Shown: piece by piece, positions 23,900 to 38,100 of the stretch
Layout of the letters: the number at the start of each line of letters is the position of its first letter
Position numbering within the stretch: position 1 is the stretch's first letter
Assembly (NCBI GenBank): GCA_000708835.1
Contig: DF237350.1
Location: forward strand, 1-64,000
Direction of reading: 5' to 3'
Length of the DNA: 64,000 bases
DNA from: Klebsormidium nitens
Taxonomy: Eukaryota; Plantae; Klebsormidiophyceae
Notes under the pieces: model-generated
Told to the model about the DNA's origin: nothing
Databases searched by the model: none
Seen by the model: only the letters and a program-made list of their open reading frames with translations
Program-made: the position numbers and the translations under genes

Positions 23900-26800
23900 T
23901 GAAGAAGACTCTAGATACAAAAGATAAGTACAGCCGTCGGCGATGATTGCATAGGATCGCGGATGGGCAGTGTCTGCTCCAGTACGTGGAGCGGCTCTTG
24001 CGCAGAGCCAGATGCGTCACCTCATCTTCTTTGGTCACCCTCGGACCAGCACACGAGGCCTCGCTCCTGCCCGTGCTGACAACCAACGTCCTTTCCAAAT
24101 GACCCGGGGAGTCCAAACCTGTCGATTTCTTCATTGTTTGGGTGTTGCCCCTATCAGCGCAGCCGCGGATCTCTGAAACTTTGACTAGGTGTCGTAATTG
24201 TGATTCAATAAGTCGGACTTTCTCTGGGGTCCATTCGCAAGCTATGAGAGTAAAGTTGGGCTGCTGCCAGTGTGCGTCCACCGGATTGATGAGGGATGAA
24301 GGTCCTCATAACGGGCTGCTACCAGCGGAAAGTTAGATGATGTGGAAAGTCTGCTTGGGAGAACGTACGTAGACGTACAACTAAGTGCTGTAATAAACGG
24401 CGCCCAGAGTTGGATACAAAAGCCAAGTGCTGTGAAAACTTAAACCGTTATATCCAAACATGGTTTGTGCTTGTTTGGAACGTTGCCGTGTTTTTGATCT
24501 TCGTTCTGGCACTATGATAAGGATAAGTACCTGAGTATTTCGGGCTACCATTGCGCCGGCCAATAAGAAACTTGCAGCACCCGGGCGCTTGAGTTACTCC
24601 GAGTAGCTGTCACCCTAATCACTACGGTTCTTTGAGTCAGCCCATCATGCATCTTGACTACAGTAGCATCTGCTGACGGCTTCAGCGAAATTCGACGGCT
24701 ACGAGGTTAATCATGCGCAATATGTTGAACAGTTCGCTCGTTTGCTCATCAGCTACTGTGGACAAAACTGACGAAATTGTTCTAATTTGTGCGTGGGTTC
24801 TGGTAATATTGCCTCAATCCTGGTTCTTCCTTCGGTTGCGCTTTCTGAAAAGTGCGTACAGTGATCTCGTTTCGAATGTGGACTCAATAAAATACCAGTA
24901 AGCCCTCTGATAATTGTCGTAAATCAAGCTCCAAGGTCCATATTCTAGTAGGATTCAGCGTACTAGTCAGCCGGTCAGTGTGTGGCCATCGGATTGATAA
25001 GATGAAGCCCAAGGGCATCTAACCGTGTACTGGGCATTGGGGCAACGACCGACTCTGTTATTTACGGGCATCATTGATCGTGTCATGAACCGCAACTTGT
25101 GACGTCACAGTGGCGCGGATCACGTGCCCATGTCCAACACATCGTGCAGACCATCTACGGGACCAATCAATGCAGCGCCAGTGAAGTTGAAGCAAGGGCG
25201 TCATACTACGAGTCGAGGAGTACCTTAAGCAAAGGCTCCCGGCTAGGAGGTCCAGCGTGAGTTTTGGTGAAGGAAAAACCCGTACGATTGCAAATCATCA
25301 ACTGTGCAAGCGGATGGCGAAGGATTTTTCTTTTGTGGTGGGCTTTTCGTTCCACATGTAAGCTCCACTGAACTTTTCCGTCTTTGAGGTTTATAGAAAG
25401 GGCCGTTTGTGGAGTAGAATTCGCAATCACTAAGGAGTTGGGCCGGATTCTTTAACGTTTCTTATTCTTACAGAGCGTTTGGACCCGCCTTTCCACCCGT
25501 TAGCGGCCTCTGAAGTGGTCCTTTCCGTACCCAACTGACAAGATAAAGAGCGCGTGCTAAGATCGAAGCCACTCCTGCATTTACAATCACGAAGTGGTCT
25601 TCTGCAATCGCCGTCGGTATTTCCTTCATCTACACTTGCCGGCTTGGAAACTTTATATCCTCGCCATTTATGCAAGTCAGAGCAGATCAGCGCCGCGCTC
25701 TAACAAAAGAACTCTTCTAGGTCGCCCGGTTATACGCCCATCTTGAGGCTGATGCATTTTTTGCGCTGTGGCTTTTTGTGGAACCAAGATGTGGCAAGGA
25801 TGTAATCAAAGTATCGGACCAGAGCTCCAGAGCTCAACCAGGGAGTGTTCCTCAGAGCCACAACCCATGTGATGCGGCTTTATTGTTTCGACAGTCTTTC
25901 GCCTTGAATGTGGAGACCGGCCCGGGGGTAGCTCCAACGCTGTGGAAGAAACGAAGGCGCGGGTCCGAACATCGTGCAAAACCTACCTGGCGATCGTCGC
26001 AATGCGCATCATCCTGTGAACGTTTTAATCCAGAGGCTTGTATCTCAAGGAGGGCTTTGCCTGGCCAAGCACATCGGCGCAGATCGACCCGAGGCGAGCG
26101 GATTAATTTGGTTCTGATTCTGGAAGAGTACACTTCTGTTTTCAGCGTTTCGATCCCCTAAAGTTCGGGCCCTAAATGATCCTTACGTTCTGAGTGCTTC
26201 AAGATTAGACAGCCCACTTGCCATTTTAACCTAGTCCGAGGCTGCTCCCGCTCATGACACGAGCTTGATGCCTGGGTTCCGGTGTTGCGTGCTCCAGCAA
26301 ACGAAGCGGAACTGGGCGTTCATCTCAAATGCATCTCATTGAAACGGGGGCGGTTAATTTGTTGCGCCTTTTGATACGAGCTCTCTTTGCCTGATTCAGT
26401 ATCGCCTTCTTTATTTAGTATCGCCTTCTCCAGTTTTGAGACAGGCACTATGGAGGTGAGCGGGTGGTCGTGATGAAACCGCCTGGGCTATATCAAGGGT
26501 TCTGCAGCCCACTGCTGGACCAACTTTCTAACCTCGACGCCACCCTTGAAACTTCTTGTATCACTGTTACTCGGGGGTTGCTTACTGCGAAGTCGTGGAT
26601 GAAGATGAAATCCTTGCCACTCAGATCGAATCAGTTGGACTTTGAGTCCGGTCAAGGGATTTTGAAGTAGTTCTTTCACCGACTTTCACCGTTCTTTCAT
26701 GACGTTTTTGTCTTGTGCCGGTCAAGAAGAAGTTGCCACCGTCTGAGCATGAAAGCGCCCAGCAGTGATCAGCAAAGTCTGAAGCCGACCAGCGCTTGGG

Positions 26801-28350
26801 GCGAAGGATTCGTTGCAGCCCAACAAACTAATATGGCATTTGTTCCTTCGAACCAGCGTTCCTGTTCTCTAGACACTGGGCGGAAAGAGAGTGAACGAGC
26901 ATCTAATGCAACAGTATTGGGACTCTGAAAGCTGGGGCGCACCTGTGCACCTTCACTTGGTAGTGAAGGCTGAGTTTCTCCCGTCAAGAAGTTGCCCGCA
27001 AAATCCTTTCAGCCGGCTTTCCAAATCCAGATCCAACGTGGAACTTGCGGTTGATGACCTTTGTAATTTACTCAGCGCTTAGGCAGTAGGACGTGGGTCG
27101 TAGAGTCGCATGTGGCGAGGACGAGAGACGGCTGGTTCGAGAATGTCGATCAGCTGTCACCGGTTCTGCTCTCCCTCTGAAGCCGCAAGTAGGAATGTTC
27201 AATGATTGGCATCGAGGTTATCAAAGGGGTATATCGAACCTCTTCTGCGGGTTGATGAAGGACATTCCTTACTGTTTCGCCCAGCGAAACGGTAAATTTT
27301 CTACCACTCCTTTCAGATATCGTACTTATCGCCCTCGTAGCTTTCGAAAAAGCTTGCCCTGTTTAAAAGCTTCGCACGAGCAGCCGCGACAATCAAGCAC
27401 CTCATTAAAATATCTTTCAGAAATGTAGCACGTCCGAGTTCACTGTTTGTTATAGATGAAGACGTCTCTTACAGTTATGCTCTGCGCTCGATGCTGCAAT
27501 GTGTTGGACGACTGCAGAAGCTGGTCTTGTAATGTAGGACGGAGGATTCCGATAGGCAATGATTGTGAGATACGACGTGGGCGCTGCGCCGCTCATAGGA
27601 GAACGTTCGATGTGTTTGAGCCGCACGAATCGTGCTCACTACCTTGAAGATCCCGGGGCTTTCCCTGTAGCCAGACCCTAAAGGACCCCGTGCCATGTAT
27701 GAACCGTTTCCTGCTGACCAGAATTTGACGGACAAGCTTCGTAGACGCCTCAAAAGAAGGCCGGCGTGTGGAGCGCTGTTTTCTTTTCATTGGTCCGTTG
27801 CATTGATGCTTCGGACTTTCTTATTTGCAGATGTGCCGGTTCATAGCGAAGAAGACGCTTGATTACCGTGCCAGATACAACAAATGATGCCAATTCAACT
27901 TCAAGCCTGCACGTCCTTCTATAGTTAATCAGGGTTGCTTTTGTCTTTGCAAACGTAAAGTATCTGTCTTTCGGGCCGCACTGCATGTAATGGCTTTCAG
28001 TGCTCAGCCGATGATCAGATCTGATGGTCAACCTTCTTGTATGGCCTAACGGTACTCGATTGCGCTCAAAGGGTTAGCTTGGTTGCTGGCGGCTTCAATC
28101 AGGCATATCTAAAAGTTGGGTCTGTCGGACCTGCACGCAATCGTCGTTAGAGTGTCTCGTTTTGCGAAATTGCGCGCTGGAATTTCATTAGCTTCAGCGT
28201 GGCGCCATGGTATTTCATTAGACATTTGCAGATTGCTTCGATGGCCATGGGGAAGCGATCACGACTGGGCTTTATCTTTAGCAGCTCAGGTACTTTCTGG
28301 TCCAGTCCGATGCCACCGGCGGCCAGCTGTCTGGTGCGACATGTTTGGTT
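23900..28350 (-). pseudogene. Cluster of Roco C-terminal remnants
   Basis: Shared motifs at about 23960, 24260, 26510, 26750, 27570 and 28270 with the other copies. Confidence 0.45.
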
Positions 28351-29499
28351 TCGCTTCTAAACGGACTGCGAGATCTTGCCAGAATTTGAGCTAGAAGTAT
28401 CCGGAGAGTTGGTGAAAAGGGCCGCAATGTGACCGATAGTCTTACTGGAAAATACTGCAAAAACGTCATGGTGGTGCCCGGTTTCTGGACTATCGTAGGT
28501 TGAGCTCTGCATTATTTAGATATACTGAGTGTAGTCTTCACTGCGGAAAGCATTTTGGACAGCTCGTTATATACGGAAATTGCGGGCACGTACACATCGA
28601 TCGGACGCCTTTCCATATCGCGCGTGCGCCCCGCCCATATGATGCGTGTTTCCATCTCTTATAGCAGAATGCGTTGTTACGATGTTGCTTCACAGCGTGA
28701 AGGGCTCATATGCTTGCCAAGCTGCATTTATCTCTCTTTTTTTATGCTTGTGTGACCCGTTGCGGCCATGGCGAATCGAACAAGGATGGGCTGCCCGCGT
28801 CAAGTGGCAACTCAGCAAGCGTCAGGTTGATCACACTGAGCTGCGCTGGGTGCTCGTAGAGAACTGTGGAACGCGGGTACCTTATTGCGCAAAGGACCTG
28901 AGTGCTGATTGTAGGTCCATCATGTTACAGGAATTGCATTTTTGATGGTGTCAGAAACACCAGGCCAAACCTGTTCGATTCGATTCCGCACCTATTTATC
29001 TCATGTAGTCGTTCTGTTCTTACAACCCCATACGTACGTATGATTATGATTGCACGCCCGGCAAATTAGTGCAGACCGGCCCAGGGCAAAAAGATTTCTT
29101 GCTGAGACGATCCTCTATTACTTTATTTCCATCTATCGGCAGGGTTTCAATCCCCTGTATGAGCAATGATCGAATGCTTTTTTATGTGCAAACCTTGGTG
29201 TGAAATCAGACAGGCCATCTGCTGCTTCGACCTGGTCCACTGCCAGTGGCGGCTGTGCCGTCACAGCTGCGGTGGCATGGCGCGAGCTTCATGCCTGGAG
29301 ACTTTGATATTTCTTTCTTGATTGAATAGATTCTTGGAGTCTGGCGCTAAAATCCGTTTGTTTAATCGAGACTCGTTATTATGGAACAACTGGGAACTTG
29401 GGCGCGTGTCTGAGTTGGGCGTTCGTTCAACGGAATTGGGGTGGAACGGATGGAGCACCTTTTTGATGCACTGAATCTGATTCCTTGCAAGATCCGTTG

Positions 29500-31250
29500 T
29501 GGGCTCTTCTTTGACACGATCTTTCTCTGAAAGTGCTTCGGTGGTTGTGATGATCAAAAGAGTGGCATGGGCTGTTGCACCTTCTGCAGCCCACGGCAGC
29601 AGAGGTCGCTCTCGACGCCACCGGTCAATTCTGACATCGTGATTAGTGCCGATCTGGGGCTTTCCTCGTCTGCAAACTGACAAAAGAATCTGCCCAAAGC
29701 CGGTTGTACCGTGACTGGTCTGGTGATGTTGCGTTCTGAAAGAAACGCAGCGGCTCTCGGAGCTTTGCTCCGTGTGTGGGACCCGGACCCAACAATGTTA
29801 GAACAGTCTAAAAGTTGGGCGCCTCTCTGAATTGCACGTTCGTTTATGTTTCAGAATCAATTTGGGGGCGACTGGATCGAGTACCTTATGTTGCACAAAG
29901 CTTATTGATGGCACGAGCCGGTGTGACAATCTTAGACACTTTAGAAATGCTTTGCTTCAAGTGCTTCGATGGTTGTGATAATCAAACGGCCTGGGCTGTT
30001 GCACCTTCTGCGGGCCATGACAGGTATTTCCATTCCTCGACGCCACCCAATCTGACATCGTAGGTGCCGAACCTGGGGCTTTTTACGCCTGGAACTTCCT
30101 AATTCGGGACGACATGATTTGACATCTGCCCCACGCTCGGGTGGACCGTGATGTCATAGCAGCCTGAATCCGATCCCGGCGTTTGTGTTCCTGGACCGGT
30201 GAAGAAGAAGACTCCACCGATTGAGCATGAGGCGAGCTCAGTGTTGTACGTGGAGATATGTTAAGCTGAAGCCGACCAGCGCTTGGGGTATAAGATTAAC
30301 TGCAGCCGGGTTTATCAGCCAGCCTTTTCATCGAACCGTTTTTCATCTCTAAAGAAGCACAGGTGCAGGGCGCGTCAAGAGAACTTTTCATACTACGTGC
30401 ATCTCAAAGTTACTCGGACCCTGCGCATTTTGAGGCGCACTTCTAGACAAGAGGGCAGCGAAGACTTGGCTTCTTCTGTCAAGTGGCCTGCGGTTCGCTG
30501 CAAGCTGCCGGCTTTCCGGCTTGCAGACTGTATAGTTGTGGCAATCATGTTTTTTCCTCCTGGGCGCCCTGACTGCTCTCCGCTTGGAGAGCAGATGTTT
30601 CGTTGAATCGAGGTGTAAAGGACGACAGACGAGTACTCTGAGCTTCCAAGGTGCTCATCATCCTCTGTGCGGCCAGTCTTTTGACAGCCTCAAGCCTCAA
30701 GGCAACCTCCATTACAGATGAGTTTGTAAGCCTGGAGCTAAGATCGCGACTTATCTCGTCGGTTGGAGAACGGTGTGTCTTGCATCTACTAATTTCCAGA
30801 GGAGGATTCTTGAGTGCGTATCAGTCCGTCTTGAAAAGAACTGCAAAGCCAACTGTGCCGCTTTACATCGACTCGGGGGCGTCATTTGCTGGATGCAGGT
30901 CAATTTTCCTTAACCGGAATTTCTGATCAAGCTCTCAGCGGCCGCGACCGTATCAACAGATTTCAGCTTTCTTTCAATGATGCAAGCACCGTTTGGAAGA
31001 GCGTGTGAGGTCTCTGTTCCTTCCTATGGAGAAATGTGAGAGCTTCGGTGGATTCGGATGTGCTGGATCCAGGAACCAATCGAACGGATGTAAAAGCTGG
31101 TCCTTCGATGCTGGAATATCGATCTCCGATCGGCATTGATTGCGGGGCACATGGGCGCTGCGCTGCTCATATACCCCTCTTCTTCTATTTGAGCCGCAGT
31201 ACTATTTGTAGTGCTTCCTACCTTACTGCTGCTCTTTGCATCCAGACGCC
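29500..31250 (-). pseudogene. Roco C-terminal remnants (two adjacent termini)
   Basis: GLQKVQQP at about 29580 and GPQKVQQP at about 30000. PQALVGF at about 30270 is shared with 26790. The 31150 motif is shared with 8880, 19960 and 27570. Confidence 0.45.
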
Positions 31251-33599
31251 AAGGACGCGCCAAGTATACGTCTACAGGCCTCGCATCAGGCCTCAATATG
31301 AAAGGGCCTTTGAACTCTAAATGTCTGCCCAGCGTCCGCTGATCCTCCGGCCTCCTAAGTTTGCCAACGGGCCCTTTTGTAGCGGTCAAGACGCTAGACC
31401 ACGTTGGCTGCCCGCTTTTTGCGGGTTCCTTCTTTAAGTTGCACTGGCTGTCTGTTCGTGGCGTGTGTGGATGCAGATCCACTTCGAGGATAGAAATAGC
31501 ATTTGATGCATCTTCAAGCCGCTAGAATTCCGGATATCGATTGAAAGACGTAAAACATACCTGCACTCGAACATTTATTTCTCAAACCCCCAAGTTGATA
31601 ATAAGAGAATCTTAAACGGACTACGACGTTTTAGAGTCGATGCAGGAGGACGGTTGTTGTGTGTGCCCATCTTAGCCGTTCGGTCGAGAACTACTGGACG
31701 TTCTGTATAATGTATGAAGTGCGGCCGGGACGAGATCATGGGGAGGCTTGAGCAACAGGCTCACTTGTAGAATGCTTCCGGAATCCTGAGAACCACCAAG
31801 TGTATTTCTGAGTTCTTTCTATTGATCCGCTCCTTTCAACCGCTTCTCGACCTGCCTCGGTTGTTTCATTTCAAAAGAGCAACATGCATCATTCTGGGCA
31901 ACCTGCACCCAATGTGCCATTTGAAGGTCGGAGGGCCCCCTGTTCTTATACAACTCTTGAACTAAGCGGCCCTCGATCTTCTGCACCAACAGCAAGCCTC
32001 AACTTGGACGTGACGGGTGTGGAACACAAAGAATGTTGCGTGTCTTTAAGAACATTGGTCCGAACTATCAACTTGCATCTGACGTTCCAAGCATACACAT
32101 CCTCTTCGATCCGTTTCGCCCACAAGAGTGTTCTACCTTCTAGATGCCTCTCGAGGAGGAGAAGAGACCACCCATCCAGGGCGCTGGTCTTTACGGGCCA
32201 CCGCTACAACCTCCTGATCTGAGGCCTTCGGCCGAAATCTCACACCTTTTTGACCCTGTCAAAAGGAATATTGCATCATTGCTCCTCCGGGCTTGCTTCG
32301 CTTTCTTGCTGCCTGGTCACGCTGTAGCGTAGCCTTTACCGTTTAGGGTCTCGTGACTCGATCAACTCTTTCAGCACCAGCTTTTGGTTGAAAGATGCCT
32401 ATACTTTCACGTCGCAGAGGGCCGGCAGTGATTGACGCAGTAAACGAGTTGAGCTGCAACGTGCTCATCTGTTCAAGGCACAGTTCCAGCTGCTCACGAA
32501 GCCAGCCTAGAGATTATTTTTGAAATATGCCATCGATACTAAGTTCTCCTTTCGACGTGCAAGGCGTGCGTGTTTCCTAACTTTCTTGAATGCAATGGCC
32601 TCCGGCCTCGTCTTAAAGATTGTTCTTAGATTATGTTTCTGACCGTCGGCTTTGTCGCCGGCAGTGAAAGGGCTCATCTCTGTATTCAGCAAAGGACAGG
32701 GGTCTCACTTAGAAATGAAAGCAGAGGCGAGCCCGACACGTCTCGCCAGGGAATCCGCAAAAGAGATTCCCTGGCGAGACGTCTTCCCTTTACAAGCTCG
32801 CGAGGACGTCTGAACCTCGGAAGATTGGATCCGGCATTTGCGGTGGATGATTTGGTGTCGTTCAGAATGCACGCGCGCGGCCGCGCTGCGCGCCTACCGC
32901 CTGGCGCGCGCCCGCGAACTTTGCCCCCAGGCATTCCTAGAAGATCGCCGGGCCGCAGGGCTGATTCGATGGGCACCCCGCAGTCTCCCAGATTGCACCA
33001 ACCCGGCGGACCAGCTGCCGTTAGTTCGTCTGTCGTTTGCCGCAAGGCGGTGTCGACTGCGCTTCGTCCGCAACACGCGGCCTAGTGCGCGACGCTTGTG
33101 CAACTTGGGCCCTAGGGCCATAACTTAGTAATAGGCGAGATGACGACCGCGTAAGAAGAGGCAGCGCTGAGAAAAACAGAACCACAAGTGCTCGTTTGTG
33201 ATCGGCCAAATCAGCTCACTCTATCTAGGTGGTTCGATGTTGGCACACGGCCTACTAATCTGGCTTCATCGCCGCCGTTGAATCTCGCAGCCGCATTCAA
33301 GTCCAAATCACGTTCGTTTTTTTTCTCAAGGAAAATTCTCTCAGTTTCAGAACCCACTCTTCGTAGTGGGTTCGTCGTAATCCACATCCAAGCTTTTCAA
33401 TCAACGCCGCAGCGAGCTGTCGTCGCCAGGTTACGTCACCTGAGGATCCACGGTCTCTTTCCCACGTTTCACACCGACGCTTCGTTGTGATTTTTAGTTT
33501 GTAGCAATCCCGATTCGGCCTCAACGCGTTAATATTAAGCTTTGACACTGTTTTCATGAGGATTCTCTGATTCCTAATCCTCGCATCCAACAGAAACGT

Positions 33600-36190
33600 G
33601 CCTTGTGACTTGAATGATGTATATGCAGCCGTAGGAGAAGGCGTGTCAAGCCTGAAAGACCGGCTGGAAACCGTGCGTGCGCTCGCTGGACCGCGTCAAA
33701 AACGCCGAGCTTCCAAGTACGCTGGTCCCAATTCCTCGGAATGTGCAAGTCTTTTCCATTATATTCCGTGTATCAAGTCCAGTTTGAGAAACAAACCAGG
33801 CGAAGACGACACATTGAGAGTCCTGGCGCTATTCGAGAATCCAGGAGTCAAGACCCTGTTCTCCGGCGTTGTGTACGGACGCCACTAGCCGTAAAATTCT
33901 GTGTTTGACGTATGCATTCCAGCGAGATCCTTCTATGTTATTTTGGTGCCACAAGCAAAGCATTCGAGCCGTTCCAAACAACGCTGTGCTCCATTCTTAT
34001 ACCTGTTGGCTGTGACGAGAAAGCGATGTGGGGTTTAAACTCCGGCGGCTCACATCAGATTGCGTGGTGTCGAACGCTCCGAAGCCAGCGAAAGCAGCCC
34101 AACTTGGAAACGCCTAGAAAAGCAACCAACTACCGTACTCTTGTCCTATTTAACCACGCGGCTACCCACTGTCATTGAGTTGGCTCAGTGGAACAAGCAG
34201 AGTAATCGAAGCTCGTTCTATTCTATGCTTTGGGATGGCGCAGAACCTGTAGACTGACAGCAGATCAAGCCGTTCGAGATGGGTTGTTCGACGGCACCCT
34301 GTTGAATCAGTGATCAATGATCAGAGACGCGACGCGGCTCATGGCAAGTCAAACAACGACCCGTGGAGTCCGACTTTGATTCGTCATCTTTGTTAGTGCG
34401 TTGGCCGGGAAGATTGAATTTCGATGATGTCTGGGCTCCCTCAGTGGAGCTCACGCCTTTATCTGTTTCTTGAGCCTGCTTCAGTTTGGAAATCAGAGTT
34501 GAGGGAACGCACATAACGCGGTATGAACATGTTGGCTAGAATCTTTTCGGTGTCAGATTGATTGGGGGTGAATTGATGTTCACTCCAGCATCAGCCCACA
34601 TTTTACATTGATGATTGGAACAAAGATACCGAGGCAACGATGAACCTGCAAATCTCTACGATGAAGATCTGAACAACCTGCTGTCGCTCAAGTGTCTTAC
34701 ACCTAAGTTTTATTGTGACTGGTCATGGCAGCCTGACTTAGTTTCCGGCGTTTGTGTGCTGGTGTAGATGTGCCGCTAAAGAAGAAGTTGTGTCAACTGA
34801 ATATACGCAAGCTCAGGCTTGAAGTACCAACTCTGAAGCCGGCCAGAATTGGAAGAGTCGAAAGGCGCCTGCAACCCACAGATTACGAGGACACCGTTTC
34901 TTTGGACCATCTTCTCTCTACTCCAGAACCCACAATTGGGTTTTGATAGATGCTATGTCTGCATCCCACCGGTATCAATAATATGCGCAATCTCGGGTCC
35001 ACGGTCGGACCAGGGAGCAATAATAAGCTGGATTTTTCTTGACGAACGGCCTGCTCTCTGGCGGGTCTTAGATTTTCAGATTGTTTCCAGGGCGCTTGGT
35101 ACTTGTCGTAAATACTTTGCGCTAGGCACCAGGTACGTCGTGTATCCTAGCGAGGACTATAGGCTGTGCTCAGCTAGGCCATCAACATGCAGCGGGAGCC
35201 TGAAGCCGTGAGAAAAATCCTACGCATTGGTTACTACTGATTGCTTTGTGGAGGAGCGCCAATTCCGACTTTATCAGTCGAACGTCTTCTGCAGCTGGTT
35301 GATGTAAGGGATTTTTATCACTGCGTTCGGAGAAGACATCACAAGTTCAGGTACGCTGCGTCAAGTCGAATTGTGGGGATCACTAGTCGCGGAATGTCAA
35401 CTGGAGCTTAGGCTTACTGAAGTATTATGCCGTGCCGACACCGCTGGTGAATATTTCTTTATATTCATCTACCTTTCTGCACCCGTTCAGGTTCTTCGCC
35501 GTCTCTCAACGGCAGACCTGTCTAGATCTATCCGAGGATTTGGGCGTATGATCTTGCAGATCGTTCACAGCAAATGAAAGGAGCGATCGTTTGGAATCGA
35601 TGCAACTGATCATTGGACTTTATCCCTTTCGTCTGCTATGGTGCTCCGGACTTATGAAATGAATGACCTTGCCCGGAATCCCCACTCAGGACGAGGTTGC
35701 AGAGTTCCCGGCCTGCTGACTGAGATGAGCCCGAGGCTGGTGTAGATCTTTGAAGATGCTCAGTGGCATCATTGCTGCCGTCTGAAGTCGGCAATCGATT
35801 TTTAGGAATGACGTAAAGCTGGTCGGGAAGATGTTCCCGCTCTTAAAAGAAAGGGTAACTCGCAAAGCCTTGCCTGTTATTGATATCACGTTCTTGTGCA
35901 GTAAATCGGGTTCCACGCTCGAGAGGACTGCTGCCCATCAGCAGCTGAAATGCTCCTGCCATGCGTTTTAACAAGTCTTCACGTTTTTGTGTAAGTGCTG
36001 GCCCTGACGTCAAGACGTCGCAACGTGGGGGTGACTTTCCAAGGTTATCGTCACTTGGGGGAAAGTCGACTCTCCCCTTGGCCCGTGAAAAGCTCCAGAA
36101 ACCAAACAATGTGACCGTGCAACTTAGGCTGATTCACTATTTCGTGTCTCAAGTTGGAATACATCCGTTCCGTTCTGACCACTTAGCGCC
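33600..36190 (+). pseudogene. Plus-strand Roco COR/C-terminal remnant
   Basis: VYGRH...IPA..F (about 33870-33940), LIALW (about 35240), KLVGKMFPLL (about 35815), terminal LRLIHY...DH (about 36125-36183). Confidence 0.45.
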
Positions 36191-36229
36191 CGCACGCTTG
36201 CCGCGGCCAAGGGCGCGTTCATGCGCGCG

Positions 36230-38100
36230 CGGCCTCTAGCTGAGCATTATTTCTCCGCCGACGATCTTAGTGAGTCGATCGAGAGGGATCCCCGCAGTCT
36301 TGCCAGGTGCCGCGGGATAGCCGCCAGCCGCGCCATCACTAATACAGCGCGTGCGTTGTGAGAGGCGCCGCGCGCGGTCTGAGTCGCAATTGAAAAAGAA
36401 TTGCACCAAAAGCTCAAATTTGTAACTAGATCTAGAGTATAGATGTTCGGCTGTGACGAGGCGCCGTTTGCGTGTCTCATGAGAAGCTCGCAAGAACAAG
36501 TGGGGTGGATGCGAGACCACGGAATGATGCCGACCGGCCTGAAAAGCCTCTGGAAAGCCCCTCGATCCCTAAAGCCGTTTTGGAACCAAACAGCTTCATG
36601 TTTGAGCCCGACCTGACCATTTGGCAACAAGCGACAATTCGTTGGATAAAGTTGCTGTTTTGATGGAATTAATCTGCGTTTCAAATTGCAAATGGCCTGC
36701 GAGAAATCTCAGGTTTCCTCGCAGCCTCGTAAGGCTACTGCCGCTCAAACATGCCTAAAAGGAACCTGCCCGGATATCGACTCATGTGCAACAGTCTTGA
36801 CAATAGAAAGGGATTTTCGGGGTGATTAACGAAGTTCAAGACATCTTCCGGTGGTTCCCTGTGACGAGCAACTGCCCTATAATGCGCTTCTTTACGCGCA
36901 GATTGCTCATAGCTAGTGCGTCATGTCACCGGAGCCAGCCAAACTCTTAGGCGGCCGGCGTCACACAATTTTAGGAACCTCTCACTCAATGTCGATCGTG
37001 GACATTTGAAACGTTCCATTATGTGTGACACAAGTTACAACACTTGAACAAATTGATCTGGGGTCAACTCGACGTCAACTCGTAACGCGGGCAAGAAGAC
37101 TTTCCATGCCGATGCCGACCCATCAGGCACGCCGTTCAGAAGTCAAGAATCTGATGAGTCGCTCTCATCTTTCAGTCCTGCTTCTTACTTTTTTGTGATC
37201 ACGAAGCAAAGCTATGTTACGCATGAGATAATTTCTGCTCCGTCAAGCGCCCAAAATCGACCCTTCAAAGAACGTTCATTTTGGCAGTCGTTCATCAGAC
37301 CTTAGAACGGCTGAAATTCTTCAAGCTCGTGCGTCGTTGTCGTCTGTTGCAGCGGGATCAAATCGGTACACCGTTGATGCTCTCCCGATTTGTCGGCATC
37401 CATCAGAGTTCGGCTGAATCCGAACCCCATGACCGTGCAAGAGGCCAGATTCGATTTATTAGGGGGAACGTATCCCGTATTCGGAGGCTTCTTTCGCACC
37501 TCAGAGGTCGCGAACTGCTCTCGATGGAGCAGATTTTGAGGGTACCGGAATCCTGCCCGCGGCCGCGCGCGCAGCGCGTCTGGCGCCTTTATAGCGAGGC
37601 CCACAGCCACTTAGCTGTTCTTTGGCACATAAAATCGAGCGTCTACGTCGAATCACTTCGTACGCTTTGGGTGTGCTGCTGCAAGCACCGCAGGGTGGCC
37701 GGTTTAAACGATCAGTGCGCAACCGCAATGCAGATCTTGGTCTTGAAGCTTGTGAAGCTTTTCTTGGTGGAGGCAGCTGCGCGCACGCGCGTGCGTGACA
37801 GTGCCCGCCGACCACGCAAGTCAGCCGCCTCGGCCGGTCGCCTTGCGGACTTCAAGGGGGAGCTCGATCTGGGCGAGCTCCCGGGCCATCAGATTTTTCC
37901 ACACGCGATCGAGCCGCGGCCGGCCCGCGTTCTGCGCGCGAACCCCAGGAGTGACTCGATCAACGCGCGCGCCTTTAAAGCAGGCGCGGGCGGCCTGGTC
38001 CACGCGGCCGGGGGTGTTGCAGACAGCGCCTTCAGATTTGTGCCCCATTTGGGACGGCTCGGTAACAGTCGCGCGACAGTTCGACATGGATTGACCCAGT
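36230..38100 (-). pseudogene. Roco C-terminal fragment
   Basis: RELAQIE (about 37880), TLDFMCQRTAKW (about 37640, like L.MCE...W), RPRAGF, LVMARLAAIP (about 36330). DNA similarity to 50400-50900 and 32880-33100. Confidence 0.5.

Noticed and set aside
29550-29582. TGGGCTG...CAGCCCA hairpin as a Helitron 3' end
   Set aside because: There is no nearby CTRR terminus, and the motif is explained by GLQKV..P codons.
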